Part shown: positions 9,431 through 18,577 of the stretch, piece after piece
Layout of the letters: each line of letters starts with the position of its first letter
How positions within the stretch are numbered: the stretch's first letter is position 1
Assembly: GCA_964393345.1 (NCBI GenBank)
Contig: CAYMTJ010000004.1
Span: forward strand, 7,503 to 56,702
DNA from: an uncultured Anaerolineaceae bacterium
Lineage (GTDB): Bacteria > Chloroflexota > Limnocylindria > Limnocylindrales > CSP1-4
Length of the DNA stretch: 49,200 nucleotides
Direction of reading: 5' to 3'
Position numbers and translations under genes: made by a program
The notes under the pieces: model-generated
The model's input: only the letters and a program-made list of their open reading frames with translations
Told to the model about the DNA's origin: nothing
Database searches by the model: none

Positions 9431-9631
9431 CACCGGGCCCACGGCGCCGGGACGCCTGCGGGAGATGCCGGTGGACCCCGACCGTTCGGGGCCGGCACAT
9501 ACGAACGCCCGGTGCACGTCGACCACTTCGAGACCCCCAGCGCGCGACCCCGACCCCGCCTCGGACCCCTGGCCAACGCTACCCCGGCGACCCATCTTCA
9601 TCCTCCCGCAGCGACAGGTCCCATCGAACGA

Positions 9632-11014
9632 ATGGACGCGAAGCAGGTCTGGCGAGCAGCCCTTGGCGAGCTGCAGGTATCGCTCTCGCCCGCCAACTAC
9701 GAGACCTGGTTGCGCGACACGCAGCTGGTCGACGTGGACGAGCAGCGGTTCCGGATCGCCGTCCCGAACGGCTTCGCGAAGGACTGGCTGGAGACCCGCT
9801 ATCGCTCGCTGATCAGCCAGACGCTGGCGCGCATCGTGGGCTACAGCGTCCAGGTCGACTTCGTCGTCAGCGGACCCCGTCCGGTCGAGGACGACCAGGG
9901 TCGGTCACCGTCCGCTGATGCGGGCGCCTCGTCCGGCGCCGGCTCGGAGATCCGCCTCGAGCCCACCCGGGTCGGCGGGGAGGGCGGGACGTCGAACATC
10001 AACCCGCGCTACACGTTCGCGAACTTCATCGTCGGCTCGGCCAACCGCCTGGCCCACGCGGCCAGCCTGTCGGTGGCCGAACGGCCCGGGCACGCCTACA
10101 ACCCGCTCTTCCTGTACGGCGGCGTCGGACTCGGCAAGACCCACCTGATGCACGCGATCGGGAACCAGGTGATCGCCAAGTTCCCGCGCAAGCGCGTCAT
10201 GTACGCGACGTCCGAGAAGTTCACCAACGAGTTCATCACCTCGATCCAGCAGGGCAAGATCGACGAATTCCGGGCGCGCTACCGGCGCATCGACCTGCTG
10301 CTCATCGACGACATCCAGTTCATCGCCGACAAGGAGCGGACGCAGGAGGAGTTCTTCCACACGTTCAATGCCATCCACGAGGACGGCAAGCAGATCGTGT
10401 TGAGCTCCGATCGACCGCCCAAGGCGATCCTGACCCTCGAGGAGCGACTGCGCAGCCGGTTCGAATGGGGGCTCATCGCCGATCTGACGGCCCCGGATCT
10501 CGAGACCCGCATCGCCATCCTCCGCGCCAAGGCCGAGGAAGGCGCGCTGCCGATCACGTCCGACGTCATCGAGTTCATCGCGCGCAAGGTCGTGAGCAAC
10601 ATCCGCGAGCTCGAGGGGGCGCTCAACCGCATCGTCGCGTACGCGAGCATGGGCGCCACGCCGATCAGCATCGAGCTCGCCCAGGCCGTCCTGTCCAACG
10701 TCCTGTACAACCCGAAGAAGCGCCAGGTCACGCCCGAGCGGATCGCCCGCGCCGTCTCCGAGTACTACAGCGTCCCGATGGACGTGCTGCAGGGCCAGAA
10801 GCGCGACCGCTCCATCGTCATGCCGCGCCAGATCGCGATGTTCCTGATGCGTGCCGAGACCGACGTCTCGCTCCTGCGGATCGGCGCCGAGCTCGGCGGT
10901 CGCGACCATTCCACGGTGCTGCACGCCTGCGAGAAGATCTCGCGCGAGTCCGCGGTGAATGACGACCTGCGGCGCGAGATCGCCGCGGTCCGGGAGCTCA
11001 TCTACGCCGAATGA
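9632..11014 (+). CDS. dnaA: Chromosomal replication initiator DnaA
   Basis: NPRYTFANFIVG, YNPLFLYGGVGLGKTHL (Walker A), LLIDDIQF, QEEFFHTFN, RLRSRFEWGL, GGRDHSTVLHA. Start MDAKQVW at ATG9632. Confidence 0.98.
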   Translation: MDAKQVWRAALGELQVSLSPANYETWLRDTQLVDVDEQRFRIAVPNGFAKDWLETRYRSLISQTLARIVGYSVQVDFVVSGPRPVEDDQGRSPSADAGASSGAGSEIRLEPTRVGGEGGTSNINPRYTFANFIVGSANRLAHAASLSVAERPGHAYNPLFLYGGVGLGKTHLMHAIGNQVIAKFPRKRVMYATSEKFTNEFITSIQQGKIDEFRARYRRIDLLLIDDIQFIADKERTQEEFFHTFNAIHEDGKQIVLSSDRPPKAILTLEERLRSRFEWGLIADLTAPDLETRIAILRAKAEEGALPITSDVIEFIARKVVSNIRELEGALNRIVAYASMGATPISIELAQAVLSNVLYNPKKRQVTPERIARAVSEYYSVPMDVLQGQKRDRSIVMPRQIAMFLMRAETDVSLLRIGAELGGRDHSTVLHACEKISRESAVNDDLRREIAAVRELIYAE

Positions 11015-11040
11015 CGCCCGGGCCGAACGGCTTCGGGTGG

Positions 11041-11335
11041 TGCTCCCACGCCCCATTCCTGTGGATAACCGCACCGAATCGGTGGAGAACCCATGCCGGT
11101 TGTGGACATCCACCCGCTCGCGTGTCGACGGGCCGAGGCCGGGCGAGGGTCGTTGTGGACACGCCCGCCGGCCGTCCACGTCGCATCCCCGCGGCCATCC
11201 CCGCATCCCGGGGACCCGTCCACGCTGGGCGGTGGGCCGTCCACGACCCCGGCGAACGGGCCCACGAGGGATCGTCCACGTGTTCCACACCCTGATGGTG
11301 AAGATGACGGGGTGAGAAGATAGAGAGAAGATACC
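11041..11335. other. Replication origin oriC: DnaA-box array plus putative unwinding element
   Basis: Lies in the dnaA-dnaN gap. Perfect TGTGGATAA at 11060-11068; variants at 11081, 11101, 11154; opposite-orientation CCGTCCACG-type boxes at 11172, 11216, 11237, 11258, 11272; TGTTCCACA at 11281; then a 3-periodic, purine-rich lower-GC tract. Confidence 0.85.
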
Positions 11336-11453
11336 CACGACCTACCCGGACGGTGCGCAAGCCCTCCGACGCGACGCGAGACCGGCAACCTCGGACCAGC
11401 AGGGCTGCCCGGACCGGATCCGCCGCCCGATCGATGTTTGGAGTGAACCCGAC

Positions 11454-12572
11454 GTGAGACTCTCGGTCATGCAGGAGAACCTGGCGCGAGGCCTGTCCAT
11501 CGTGAGCCGCGCCGTCTCGAGCCGAAGTACCCTGCCGGTCCTGGCCAACGTGCTGCTCAAGACCGAGGACGCCGGTCTCAAACTGACCGCCACCAACCTC
11601 GAGATCGGGATCACCTACTGGGTCCCCGGCAAGATCGAGACCGACGGGGCGACGACGGTCCCCGCGAAGCTGCTGAACGACCTGGTCAACTCGCTTCCCG
11701 CCGGCGACAAGATCGACCTCGAGCTCGGTGGGGGCGAGACGCTCCACATTCGGAGCGGACGCTTCGAGAGCCATCTGAAGGGCATCGATGCCGAGGAGTT
11801 CCCGGCGATCCAGACCGCGGGGGACCGACCCACGACGCGGATCGCCCAGAACGTCCTTCGTCGGGCGCTGACCGAGACGGCGTTCGCCGCGGCGAGTGAC
11901 GAGGCCCGCCCGATCCTGACGGGCGTGCTGGCCAAGTTCGAGGGCGACCAGCTCACGCTGGCGGCCGCCGACAACTATCGGATCGCCGTGAAGACCATCC
12001 CGATCCTCGATGCCGTGCCGGAGACGAGCGTCGTGATCCCGGCACGAGCCCTCAACGAGCTGGCGCGCGTCCTCGCGGATGTCGACGACCCCGTCGAGAT
12101 CGTCCTGGCCGGCGGCCGGAACCAGGTCCTGTTCCACCTCGACGGCGTGGACCTCGTGAGTCGCCTGATCGACGGACAGTTCCCCAACTACCAGCAGGTC
12201 GTCCCGAAGGACCACACGACGCGGGCGGTCCTCGACCGCGAGGAGCTGCTGCGGGCCGTGCGGCCGGCGGCGCTGATCGCCCATGAGTCGGCGAACATCG
12301 TCAAGCTCCAGATCGGCGGCGACGGGGAGCCCGGCATCACGGTGAGTGCCAACGCCGAGGTGGGCGATCACGTCGGCCAGGTGGAGGCAACGGTCGAGGG
12401 TGACGGCACGACCATCGCCTTCAACGCGCGCTACCTCGCCGACGTCCTCCAGAACGTGGATGCCGACCAGTTCGCGCTCGAGCTGAACGGACCGTTGTCA
12501 CCCGGCGTGTTCAAGCCGATCGGCGACGACCACTACGTCCATGTCGTGATGCCCGTCCGCACGACGTCCTGA
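11454..12572 (+). CDS. dnaN: DNA polymerase III beta sliding clamp
   Basis: SRSTLPVLANVLL, LTATNLEIGI, RPILTGV, SRLIDGQFPNYQQVVP, IAFNARYLAD, VVMPVR. Confidence 0.98.
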   Translation: MRLSVMQENLARGLSIVSRAVSSRSTLPVLANVLLKTEDAGLKLTATNLEIGITYWVPGKIETDGATTVPAKLLNDLVNSLPAGDKIDLELGGGETLHIRSGRFESHLKGIDAEEFPAIQTAGDRPTTRIAQNVLRRALTETAFAAASDEARPILTGVLAKFEGDQLTLAAADNYRIAVKTIPILDAVPETSVVIPARALNELARVLADVDDPVEIVLAGGRNQVLFHLDGVDLVSRLIDGQFPNYQQVVPKDHTTRAVLDREELLRAVRPAALIAHESANIVKLQIGGDGEPGITVSANAEVGDHVGQVEATVEGDGTTIAFNARYLADVLQNVDADQFALELNGPLSPGVFKPIGDDHYVHVVMPVRTTS

Positions 12573-12616
12573 GCGAACGACCGGAGGCCGGACCGACCGA
12601 ACCGGACCGGGGAACC

Positions 12617-13822
12617 CTGCTCGACTCCATCCGACTGCTCGATCTTCGCGGCTATGCGTCGCTCGATGCCGCCTTCGGGTCGGGGCCGCAGCTGGTCTGG
12701 GGCCCCAACGCGGCCGGCAAGACCAGTCTGCTCGAAGCCATCGTGCTGCTGGCCTGGGGCCGCTCGCACCGGACCTCGACCGACGGCGAGCTCATCCGGT
12801 GGGGCACCGATCTCGCGCGAGTCGAGGGGACGCTCGGCCAGGACGTGGTCGAGGTCGCGGTCGTCCGCTCCGGTGCGGGCGGGACCGGTGGCCGCAAGCG
12901 GATCCGGGTGAATGGGGTGGGCCGCCGGGCCGGGACGCTCGACGGACCACTCCGGGTCGTCGTCTTCGCCCCGGAGGAGATGCTCCTCGTCGCCGGGTCA
13001 CCCGGACTGCGACGAGCGGCGATCGATCAGCTCGCCAGCGCGGCGATCCCCGCCTACGGGAGCACGCTCGCGACCTACACGCGGACCCTCCAGCAACGCA
13101 ACGGGCTGCTGCGGGCCATCCGCGAGGACGGGGCGACCCGCGCCGAGCTCCGCTTCTGGGACGGCGCGTTCCTCGACGCGGGCGGGCGGATCGTCGCCGA
13201 CCGGCTCCGACTGCTCGACGACCTGCGCGGACCGGTCGCCCGGGCGCACGCCGAGATCGCCCCCGAGGAGGCCGCGACCGCCCGCCTGGGCCTGCGCTAC
13301 GGCACCAACGCCCCCATGGTCGGCAGCGAGGACCCGCGCGACGCACTGGCGCGGCGGCTCGCGGAGACCGCCGAGAAGGAGGTCTGGAACGGCGCCACGC
13401 TGGTGGGGCCGCATCGCGACGACGTGATCTTCGAGCTGGATGGGCGCGATCTCGCGGGGTTCGCGTCGCGCGGGCAGCAGCGGACCGCGATCCTGTCGTT
13501 CAAGCTGGCCGAACTCGACCTGCTGACCGAGCTCGACGGCCGACCGCCGCTCCTGCTCCTCGACGACGTGTTCTCCGAGCTCGACCCAGAGCGGCGCTCG
13601 CACCTGGTCCGTCGCATCGCGGCGCTTCCGCAGTCCTTCGTCACGACGACGACCCTCGACGACCTCGATCCTGCCCTCCTGGAGATCGCCACCACCTGGC
13701 GGGTGGAGCCTGGCGACCGCGGCGCCAGGCTGGTGCCGGACCAGGGCGCGCTTCGGGCCGAGGATCCCGGCGCGCTCGGCGCCCCGGGCGTCGACGAACC
13801 CCGGGGCGTGTCCCGACCGTGA
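12617..13822 (+). CDS. recF: DNA replication/repair protein RecF (non-canonical start needed; CTG12617 or CTG12569)
   Basis: Walker A GPNAAGKTSLLEAI and the N-terminal strand LLDSIRLLDLRGY lie upstream of the ORF-track start at 12743. Also GPHRDD, ASRGQQRT, LLLLDDVFSELD. Confidence 0.93.
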   Translation: MLDSIRLLDLRGYASLDAAFGSGPQLVWGPNAAGKTSLLEAIVLLAWGRSHRTSTDGELIRWGTDLARVEGTLGQDVVEVAVVRSGAGGTGGRKRIRVNGVGRRAGTLDGPLRVVVFAPEEMLLVAGSPGLRRAAIDQLASAAIPAYGSTLATYTRTLQQRNGLLRAIREDGATRAELRFWDGAFLDAGGRIVADRLRLLDDLRGPVARAHAEIAPEEAATARLGLRYGTNAPMVGSEDPRDALARRLAETAEKEVWNGATLVGPHRDDVIFELDGRDLAGFASRGQQRTAILSFKLAELDLLTELDGRPPLLLLDDVFSELDPERRSHLVRRIAALPQSFVTTTTLDDLDPALLEIATTWRVEPGDRGARLVPDQGALRAEDPGALGAPGVDEPRGVSRP

Positions 13823-14148
13823 GCCCGAGGAAGCGACCGATGGTCCGTCTGGGGGACCTCATCCCCGACGCCGCACGGGCGCTGGGCCTCGACGACGAGC
13901 TGCGCCTGTCGCGGGCCATGGCCACCTTCGAGTCCATCGTCGCCGAGCTGGTCCCGGCCGCGGCCGGGTCGTGCCGCGTGGCGCGGATCGAGGGCTTCGC
14001 CGTGGACGTCGAGGCGGACGCCCCGATCGTGGCCCAGGAGCTGCGGCTCCGCGCGAGCGAGCTGCTGGCGGCGTTCGCGGCCTCGCCCGGCGGCCTCGGC
14101 GTGCGCGAGATGCGCGTCCACGTCCGTCGCGGGGGTGCCCGCGTATAA
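13819..14148 (+). CDS. dciA: DUF721/DciA-family protein (replicative helicase loader-like)
   Basis: GTG overlaps the recF stop (GTGA). RLGDLIP..LGL...IVAE..A..CRVARIEG..VDVEADAPIVAQELRL pattern and the typical position after recF. Confidence 0.7.
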   Translation: MSPRKRPMVRLGDLIPDAARALGLDDELRLSRAMATFESIVAELVPAAAGSCRVARIEGFAVDVEADAPIVAQELRLRASELLAAFAASPGGLGVREMRVHVRRGGARV

Positions 14149-14224
14149 TCCCGGGCACCTGCCAGCCATCTCGGGGCCGATCGTCCCCGACCGTACCGGG
14201 ATCCCGCGACCACGAGAGGCCCGC

Positions 14225-16504
14225 ATGGCCGTCCGACTCCAGATGAAACTCGGCGTCGTCGCCGAACACGACCGACTCCCCGACTCGCCGGACACGATCG
14301 TCATCGTCGAGCCGAGCGTGGGGTCCGTGGCCCGTTCGAAGGGTCTGCTCTACCTGCTCGTCACCTCGCGGATCAGCTCGCGCCACGCCCTGGAGGCGAC
14401 CCGCCTGGCCGCGGAGACGATCCGCAACGAGTACTACTACGACGAGTCGGCGGGGATCCGGGTCTGTCTCCAGAAGGCGATCGGCACGGCCAACAAGCGG
14501 CTCGCCCATCAGGCGGACCGGCTCGGGCTCAAGAGCTCCGACGGGAACGGGCCGATCGGCGTCGGCGTGGCGGTGGTGCGCGGCAACGAGATGTACGTGG
14601 CGACCGTGGGACCGGCCGAGGCCTACCTGATCCGGCAGGCTCGCCTCTCGACGCTCCCCGACCCGCACCGCGAGCGCGGTCTGCCGTCCGGCGAGCTGGA
14701 ACCGGACGTCTGGCGCGGCGAGGTCTCGGTGGGGGACTCGCTCGTGCTCGTCTCGCCCAACGTCGTGGCCAAGCTGGGACCGGACGAGCTCAAGGACGCG
14801 ATGCTCACGCTCCATCCCCAGTCCGCGATGGAGCACCTCCACGCGCAGTTCGTGGCCGGCGGCGGGGCCGGGAGTGACGCCGCGATCGCGTTCGAGGCGG
14901 GCGAGGTCTCGGCCACGGCCCGAGGTCGCGCGCCGATCCCGGTGCGCCCCGCGGAACCCCTCGCCGGTGCGCCTGACCGGTCGCCGATCCCGCTGGCGGA
15001 CAACGTCCAGGCGGCCGGCAGCGCGGTGAGTGCCGCCGCCGGAACGGCTCGCCTGGCCGCGGGCGGCGCCCTGGAGCGGGTCGTCGCGCGCGTCCAGGAG
15101 CTGCTCCCGCGTCGCCAGCCGGCGTATCGACGGGTCACGCCGCTCGCGACGCGTCGGCAGACCCAGCGTCGGGCGGCGCTCGCGATCCTTGCACTGCTGG
15201 TGGTGGGTACCGGGCTCGGGTTCGCGGTCTGGGCGCTCGGCGGCCAGGGCGGCAAGGTGGCGATCAGCTCCGTGAACCTCGGCCAGGCCGCGCTCGACAA
15301 GGCCAGGGACAACCTGGCGCGGGTCCAGGGCCCGGGCATCGATCTCATCGAGACCGCTCGCGAGGAAGCCCTCGCGCTCCTGACCGAGGCGTACCAGCAG
15401 CTCGAGGTCGCCGAGGGCGCCAACGTCAGCGCGTCGGTCGTCGCGCCCCTGCGAGCGAAGGCCGTGGCCGGCCTCGACCGCCTGTACGGGGTCGTCCCGA
15501 TCGCCTCGACCACGATCTTCACGTTCACCCCCGCCGAGGGCGGCGAACCGATCGACCTGCGGACGATGGTCCGCGGGCCCGACGGTGCCCCGTACGTCCT
15601 CGACGCGTCCACCAAGAGCGTCTATCGGATCGACCTCAACGCGAAGAAGGCGACCGTCGTCGCGCGCGCCGGGCAGAAGGCGAACGGCGCCACGGTCGCG
15701 AACCCGCGGTTCCTGGCCGTCGGTGGCCTGGACCTCCTGATCGTCGATGCCAAGAACACGGTGTGGCGCTGGCGTCCCTCGGACTCCACCGGTAAGGGGA
15801 CGCTCATCCGGATCAAGGTCAATGGCTCCGCGTCATGGGGCGACGATGTCAGCGGGATCGGGACGTACCTCAAGGACGAGAGCCGCGGTCTCTACAACCT
15901 CTACGTCATCGACCCGTCCGAACAGACGATCCGGGCGTACTCGCCCAGCTTCGACGGTGGCGGGTTCCCGGCCCCATTCACGCCGTGGCTTGATACCGCC
16001 CGCCCGGTCGACGGGATGACGTCGCTGTACATCGATGGCGACCTGTGGGTCACCGAGGACAGCGCCCTGCAGCGCTTCGCGTCCGGCAAGAACGAGGGAT
16101 GGTCCGCCGACGCCCCGCCGGACTCCCTGCTGCGTCCTGCGCCGGCCTACACGCTCCAGGCGGCCGACACGGACCGCCGCGTCGGCGTCATCTATGCCTA
16201 CGACGGCCCGAATGCCCGCGTCATCGCGATCGACAAGGCCACTGGCGGGTATCGCGGCCAGTTCCGCCTGGCCGGCGGCGTGGCCGGCTGGGACGACCTG
16301 CGGGCCATGGCCGTCACGACCGGGCTCGACGGCGCCCCGGACCAGATCATGTGGCTGTCCGAGGATGCGGTCCACGTCGCGACGCTCGAAGCGGTCCCGG
16401 ACGTCGCCCCCGTCGCGTCGCCGAGTCCGGTCGCGTCGCCCAGCGAAGAGCCGACGCCCAAGCCGACCAGGACCCCCAAGCCGACCAAGACGCCCAAGCC
16501 GTAG
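14225..16504 (+). CDS. Membrane protein: degenerate PP2C-fold N-domain, one TM helix, extracellular beta-propeller-like domain, P/T/K-rich tail
   Basis: PP2C-like spacing (LYLLV..., LQKAIGTANKRL, VAVVRGNEMYVATVGPAEAYLIR, GDSLVLVS). TM ALAILALLVVGTGLGFAVWAL. Repeated YVLD/LIVD/YVID strands. TATAAT at 14144-14149 and RBS GAGAGG upstream. Confidence 0.65.
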   Translation: MAVRLQMKLGVVAEHDRLPDSPDTIVIVEPSVGSVARSKGLLYLLVTSRISSRHALEATRLAAETIRNEYYYDESAGIRVCLQKAIGTANKRLAHQADRLGLKSSDGNGPIGVGVAVVRGNEMYVATVGPAEAYLIRQARLSTLPDPHRERGLPSGELEPDVWRGEVSVGDSLVLVSPNVVAKLGPDELKDAMLTLHPQSAMEHLHAQFVAGGGAGSDAAIAFEAGEVSATARGRAPIPVRPAEPLAGAPDRSPIPLADNVQAAGSAVSAAAGTARLAAGGALERVVARVQELLPRRQPAYRRVTPLATRRQTQRRAALAILALLVVGTGLGFAVWALGGQGGKVAISSVNLGQAALDKARDNLARVQGPGIDLIETAREEALALLTEAYQQLEVAEGANVSASVVAPLRAKAVAGLDRLYGVVPIASTTIFTFTPAEGGEPIDLRTMVRGPDGAPYVLDASTKSVYRIDLNAKKATVVARAGQKANGATVANPRFLAVGGLDLLIVDAKNTVWRWRPSDSTGKGTLIRIKVNGSASWGDDVSGIGTYLKDESRGLYNLYVIDPSEQTIRAYSPSFDGGGFPAPFTPWLDTARPVDGMTSLYIDGDLWVTEDSALQRFASGKNEGWSADAPPDSLLRPAPAYTLQAADTDRRVGVIYAYDGPNARVIAIDKATGGYRGQFRLAGGVAGWDDLRAMAVTTGLDGAPDQIMWLSEDAVHVATLEAVPDVAPVASPSPVASPSEEPTPKPTRTPKPTKTPKP

Positions 16505-16519
16505 CGACGGGCGGCGGCC

Positions 16520-17236
16520 ATGATCCCCCTTCGCGACGCGAACCCGACGCGCCGGACCCCGGTGGTGACGATCGGCCTGCTGGTGGCCTGCATCGTCGCC
16601 TTCGCCTACGAGATGGGCCTGATGGTGAGCGGCGGGGATCCGGCCCTCGGGGCGTTCGTCACGGAATGGGGCGTCGTCCCGCGCGAGCTGACCACCGCCT
16701 GGGGCCGCGGCGACGTGCTGAACGTCGAGACGGCCACGCTCGTCACGAGCCAGTTCCTGCACGGTGGCTGGCTCCATCTCCTGGGCAACCTGCTCTACCT
16801 GTGGATCTTCGCCAACAACATCGAGGATCGCCTCGGCCGTGGTCGGTTCCTGGCCTTCTATCTCGGAGGCGGCATCGCGGCGGCCCTCGCCCAGGTCGCC
16901 GTCGCCCCGGACTCCACGATCCCCACGATCGGGGCATCCGGCGCCATCGCCGCCACGCTGGGGGCGTATCTCGTCTTCTTCCCGCGGGCGCGGATCACGT
17001 CCCTCGTGTTCCTCGGCTTCTTCTACCAACTCATCGACGTGCCGGCGATCCTGGTGCTCGGCTTCTGGTTCATCCTCCAGCTGATCGACGGGATCGCCTC
17101 GCTCGGACCGGTCCAGACGGGCGGCGGCGTGGCGTTCTTCGCGCACATCGGCGGGTTCGTGGCCGGTGCCCTCGTCGCGCGCCTCCTCGGCGCTCGCGGG
17201 CGACCCCGGCCGCCTCTCGCCGCTCGCGTGGGATAA
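16520..17236 (+). CDS. Rhomboid-family intramembrane serine protease
   Basis: MIPLRD, FLHGGWLHLLGNLLYLWIF, catalytic GASGAI and AHIGG. Confidence 0.93.
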   Translation: MIPLRDANPTRRTPVVTIGLLVACIVAFAYEMGLMVSGGDPALGAFVTEWGVVPRELTTAWGRGDVLNVETATLVTSQFLHGGWLHLLGNLLYLWIFANNIEDRLGRGRFLAFYLGGGIAAALAQVAVAPDSTIPTIGASGAIAATLGAYLVFFPRARITSLVFLGFFYQLIDVPAILVLGFWFILQLIDGIASLGPVQTGGGVAFFAHIGGFVAGALVARLLGARGRPRPPLAARVG

Positions 17237-17243
17237 TCCGGCC

Positions 17244-17804
17244 ATGGCTGGGCCGGAGCTGATCGAGATGGTCGTGGAGAGCGTGCGGGTCCACATGCTG
17301 TCCAGCCGGCACGTCGTGATCCTCAAGGAGCTCGAGCGGGACCGCTACCTGCCGATCTGGATCGGACCCTGGGAAGCGAGTGCCATCGCGATGAAGCTCC
17401 AGGGCCTCGCGGCCGAGCGCCCGCTGACCCACGACCTGTTCGCCTCCGCCCTCGACGAACTGGGTGTGCGCATCGAGCGCGTCGTCATCACGGACCTGGC
17501 CGAGGAGACGTATCACGCTCGCCTGGTCCTGGAAGGCGGGGGCCGGCGCGTGGAGATCGACGCCCGCCCGTCGGATTCGCTCGCGCTCGCGGTGCGGACG
17601 GGGGCACGGATCTTCGCGGCGGACTCGGTGCTGGATCTTGCCGGCCTCGGGGCAGACAGCGGGATCGATGACGACGAAGGGGTGGCGGGAGCGCTCCTCG
17701 AGTCGACCGACGAGCGCGTGCCGGACGCCCGGCTCGAGATGTTCCGCGACTTCGTCAACTCGCTCGACGTGGACCCCGATACCGAGGGCCGGCGGCGGTC
17801 CTAG
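17244..17804 (+). CDS. Bifunctional nuclease-family protein (DUF151)
   Basis: RYLPIWIGPWEASAIA, RPLTHDL, IDARPSDSLALA, FRDFVNSL. TGnGATAAT 6 nt before ATG17244. Confidence 0.9.
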   Translation: MAGPELIEMVVESVRVHMLSSRHVVILKELERDRYLPIWIGPWEASAIAMKLQGLAAERPLTHDLFASALDELGVRIERVVITDLAEETYHARLVLEGGGRRVEIDARPSDSLALAVRTGARIFAADSVLDLAGLGADSGIDDDEGVAGALLESTDERVPDARLEMFRDFVNSLDVDPDTEGRRRS

Positions 17805-18577
17805 TCGGCGATGATCGGCCGGCCGCGGCGCAGGGCCCGGCCGCGGTTCACCCACATCTGCAGGCGCAGTCGCCAGAAGTCGCGGACCGCGCGCAGGACC
17901 ACCTGCGGTCGGGCGCCACTCGCCGACCCGGCCGTGCGCGGGTAGTGCGGCACGCCCACCTCCACGATGCGCGCCCCCGCGGTGCGCAGCTTGATGAGCA
18001 GCTCGGCGGAGAAGAAGGCACCGTCGGATTCGACCGCCAGGCCGCGCAGCGCGTCGCGCCGGAAGAGCTTGCAGGCGCCGTCGACATCGGTCACCGGCAA
18101 CCCGAAGAAGGTCCGGTTGGCGAGGCGGTAGGCGCGCGCGTAGAGGGTCCGGATGAGCGGGTCGGCGCGCTTGATCCGGAAGCCGACCACGGCATCGGGC
18201 GCGTCCGGTCCGGCGAGGCGCGCGGTCAGCCGCCCGATGTCGGCCACCTTGAACTGGCGATCCCCGTCGGTGAAGGCGACGAGCTCGTAGCGGGCCGCCG
18301 CGAAGCCCGAGCGCAGGGCCGCCCCGTAGCCGAGGTTGGTGGGGTGGTGGACGGCGCGGACGATCCCCGGGTGGGCCGCGGTCAGCTCGTCCGCGATGCG
18401 CCGCGTGCCGTCGGTGGAGCCGTCATCGACGGCGATGATCTCGAACATCTCCGCGAGGGTGGGCAGGGTCGCGAGCGCTTCCTCGATCAGCCCCCCGAGG
18501 TTGGCCTCCTCGTCATGGGCCGGGAAGAAGTACGACAGGCGCGCCACGCGCGACGGCGTCGGGAGCGGATCGGTCAT
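17801..18577 (-). CDS. GT2 glycosyltransferase, polyprenol-phosphate-sugar (DPM1/Ppm1-like) synthase
   Basis: FFPAHDEE, VDDGSTDGT, NLGYGAALRSG, FTDGDRQF (DxD), KLFRR, EVGVPHYPRTAG. Confidence 0.85.
   Translation of the reverse strand: MTDPLPTPSRVARLSYFFPAHDEEANLGGLIEEALATLPTLAEMFEIIAVDDGSTDGTRRIADELTAAHPGIVRAVHHPTNLGYGAALRSGFAAARYELVAFTDGDRQFKVADIGRLTARLAGPDAPDAVVGFRIKRADPLIRTLYARAYRLANRTFFGLPVTDVDGACKLFRRDALRGLAVESDGAFFSAELLIKLRTAGARIVEVGVPHYPRTAGSASGARPQVVLRAVRDFWRLRLQMWVNRGRALRRGRPIIAD

Noticed and set aside
11041-11290. Regularly spaced short repeats as a CRISPR array
   Set aside because: The units are 9-bp DnaA-box-like motifs between dnaA and dnaN. There are no 25-40 bp repeats with spacers and no cas genes.
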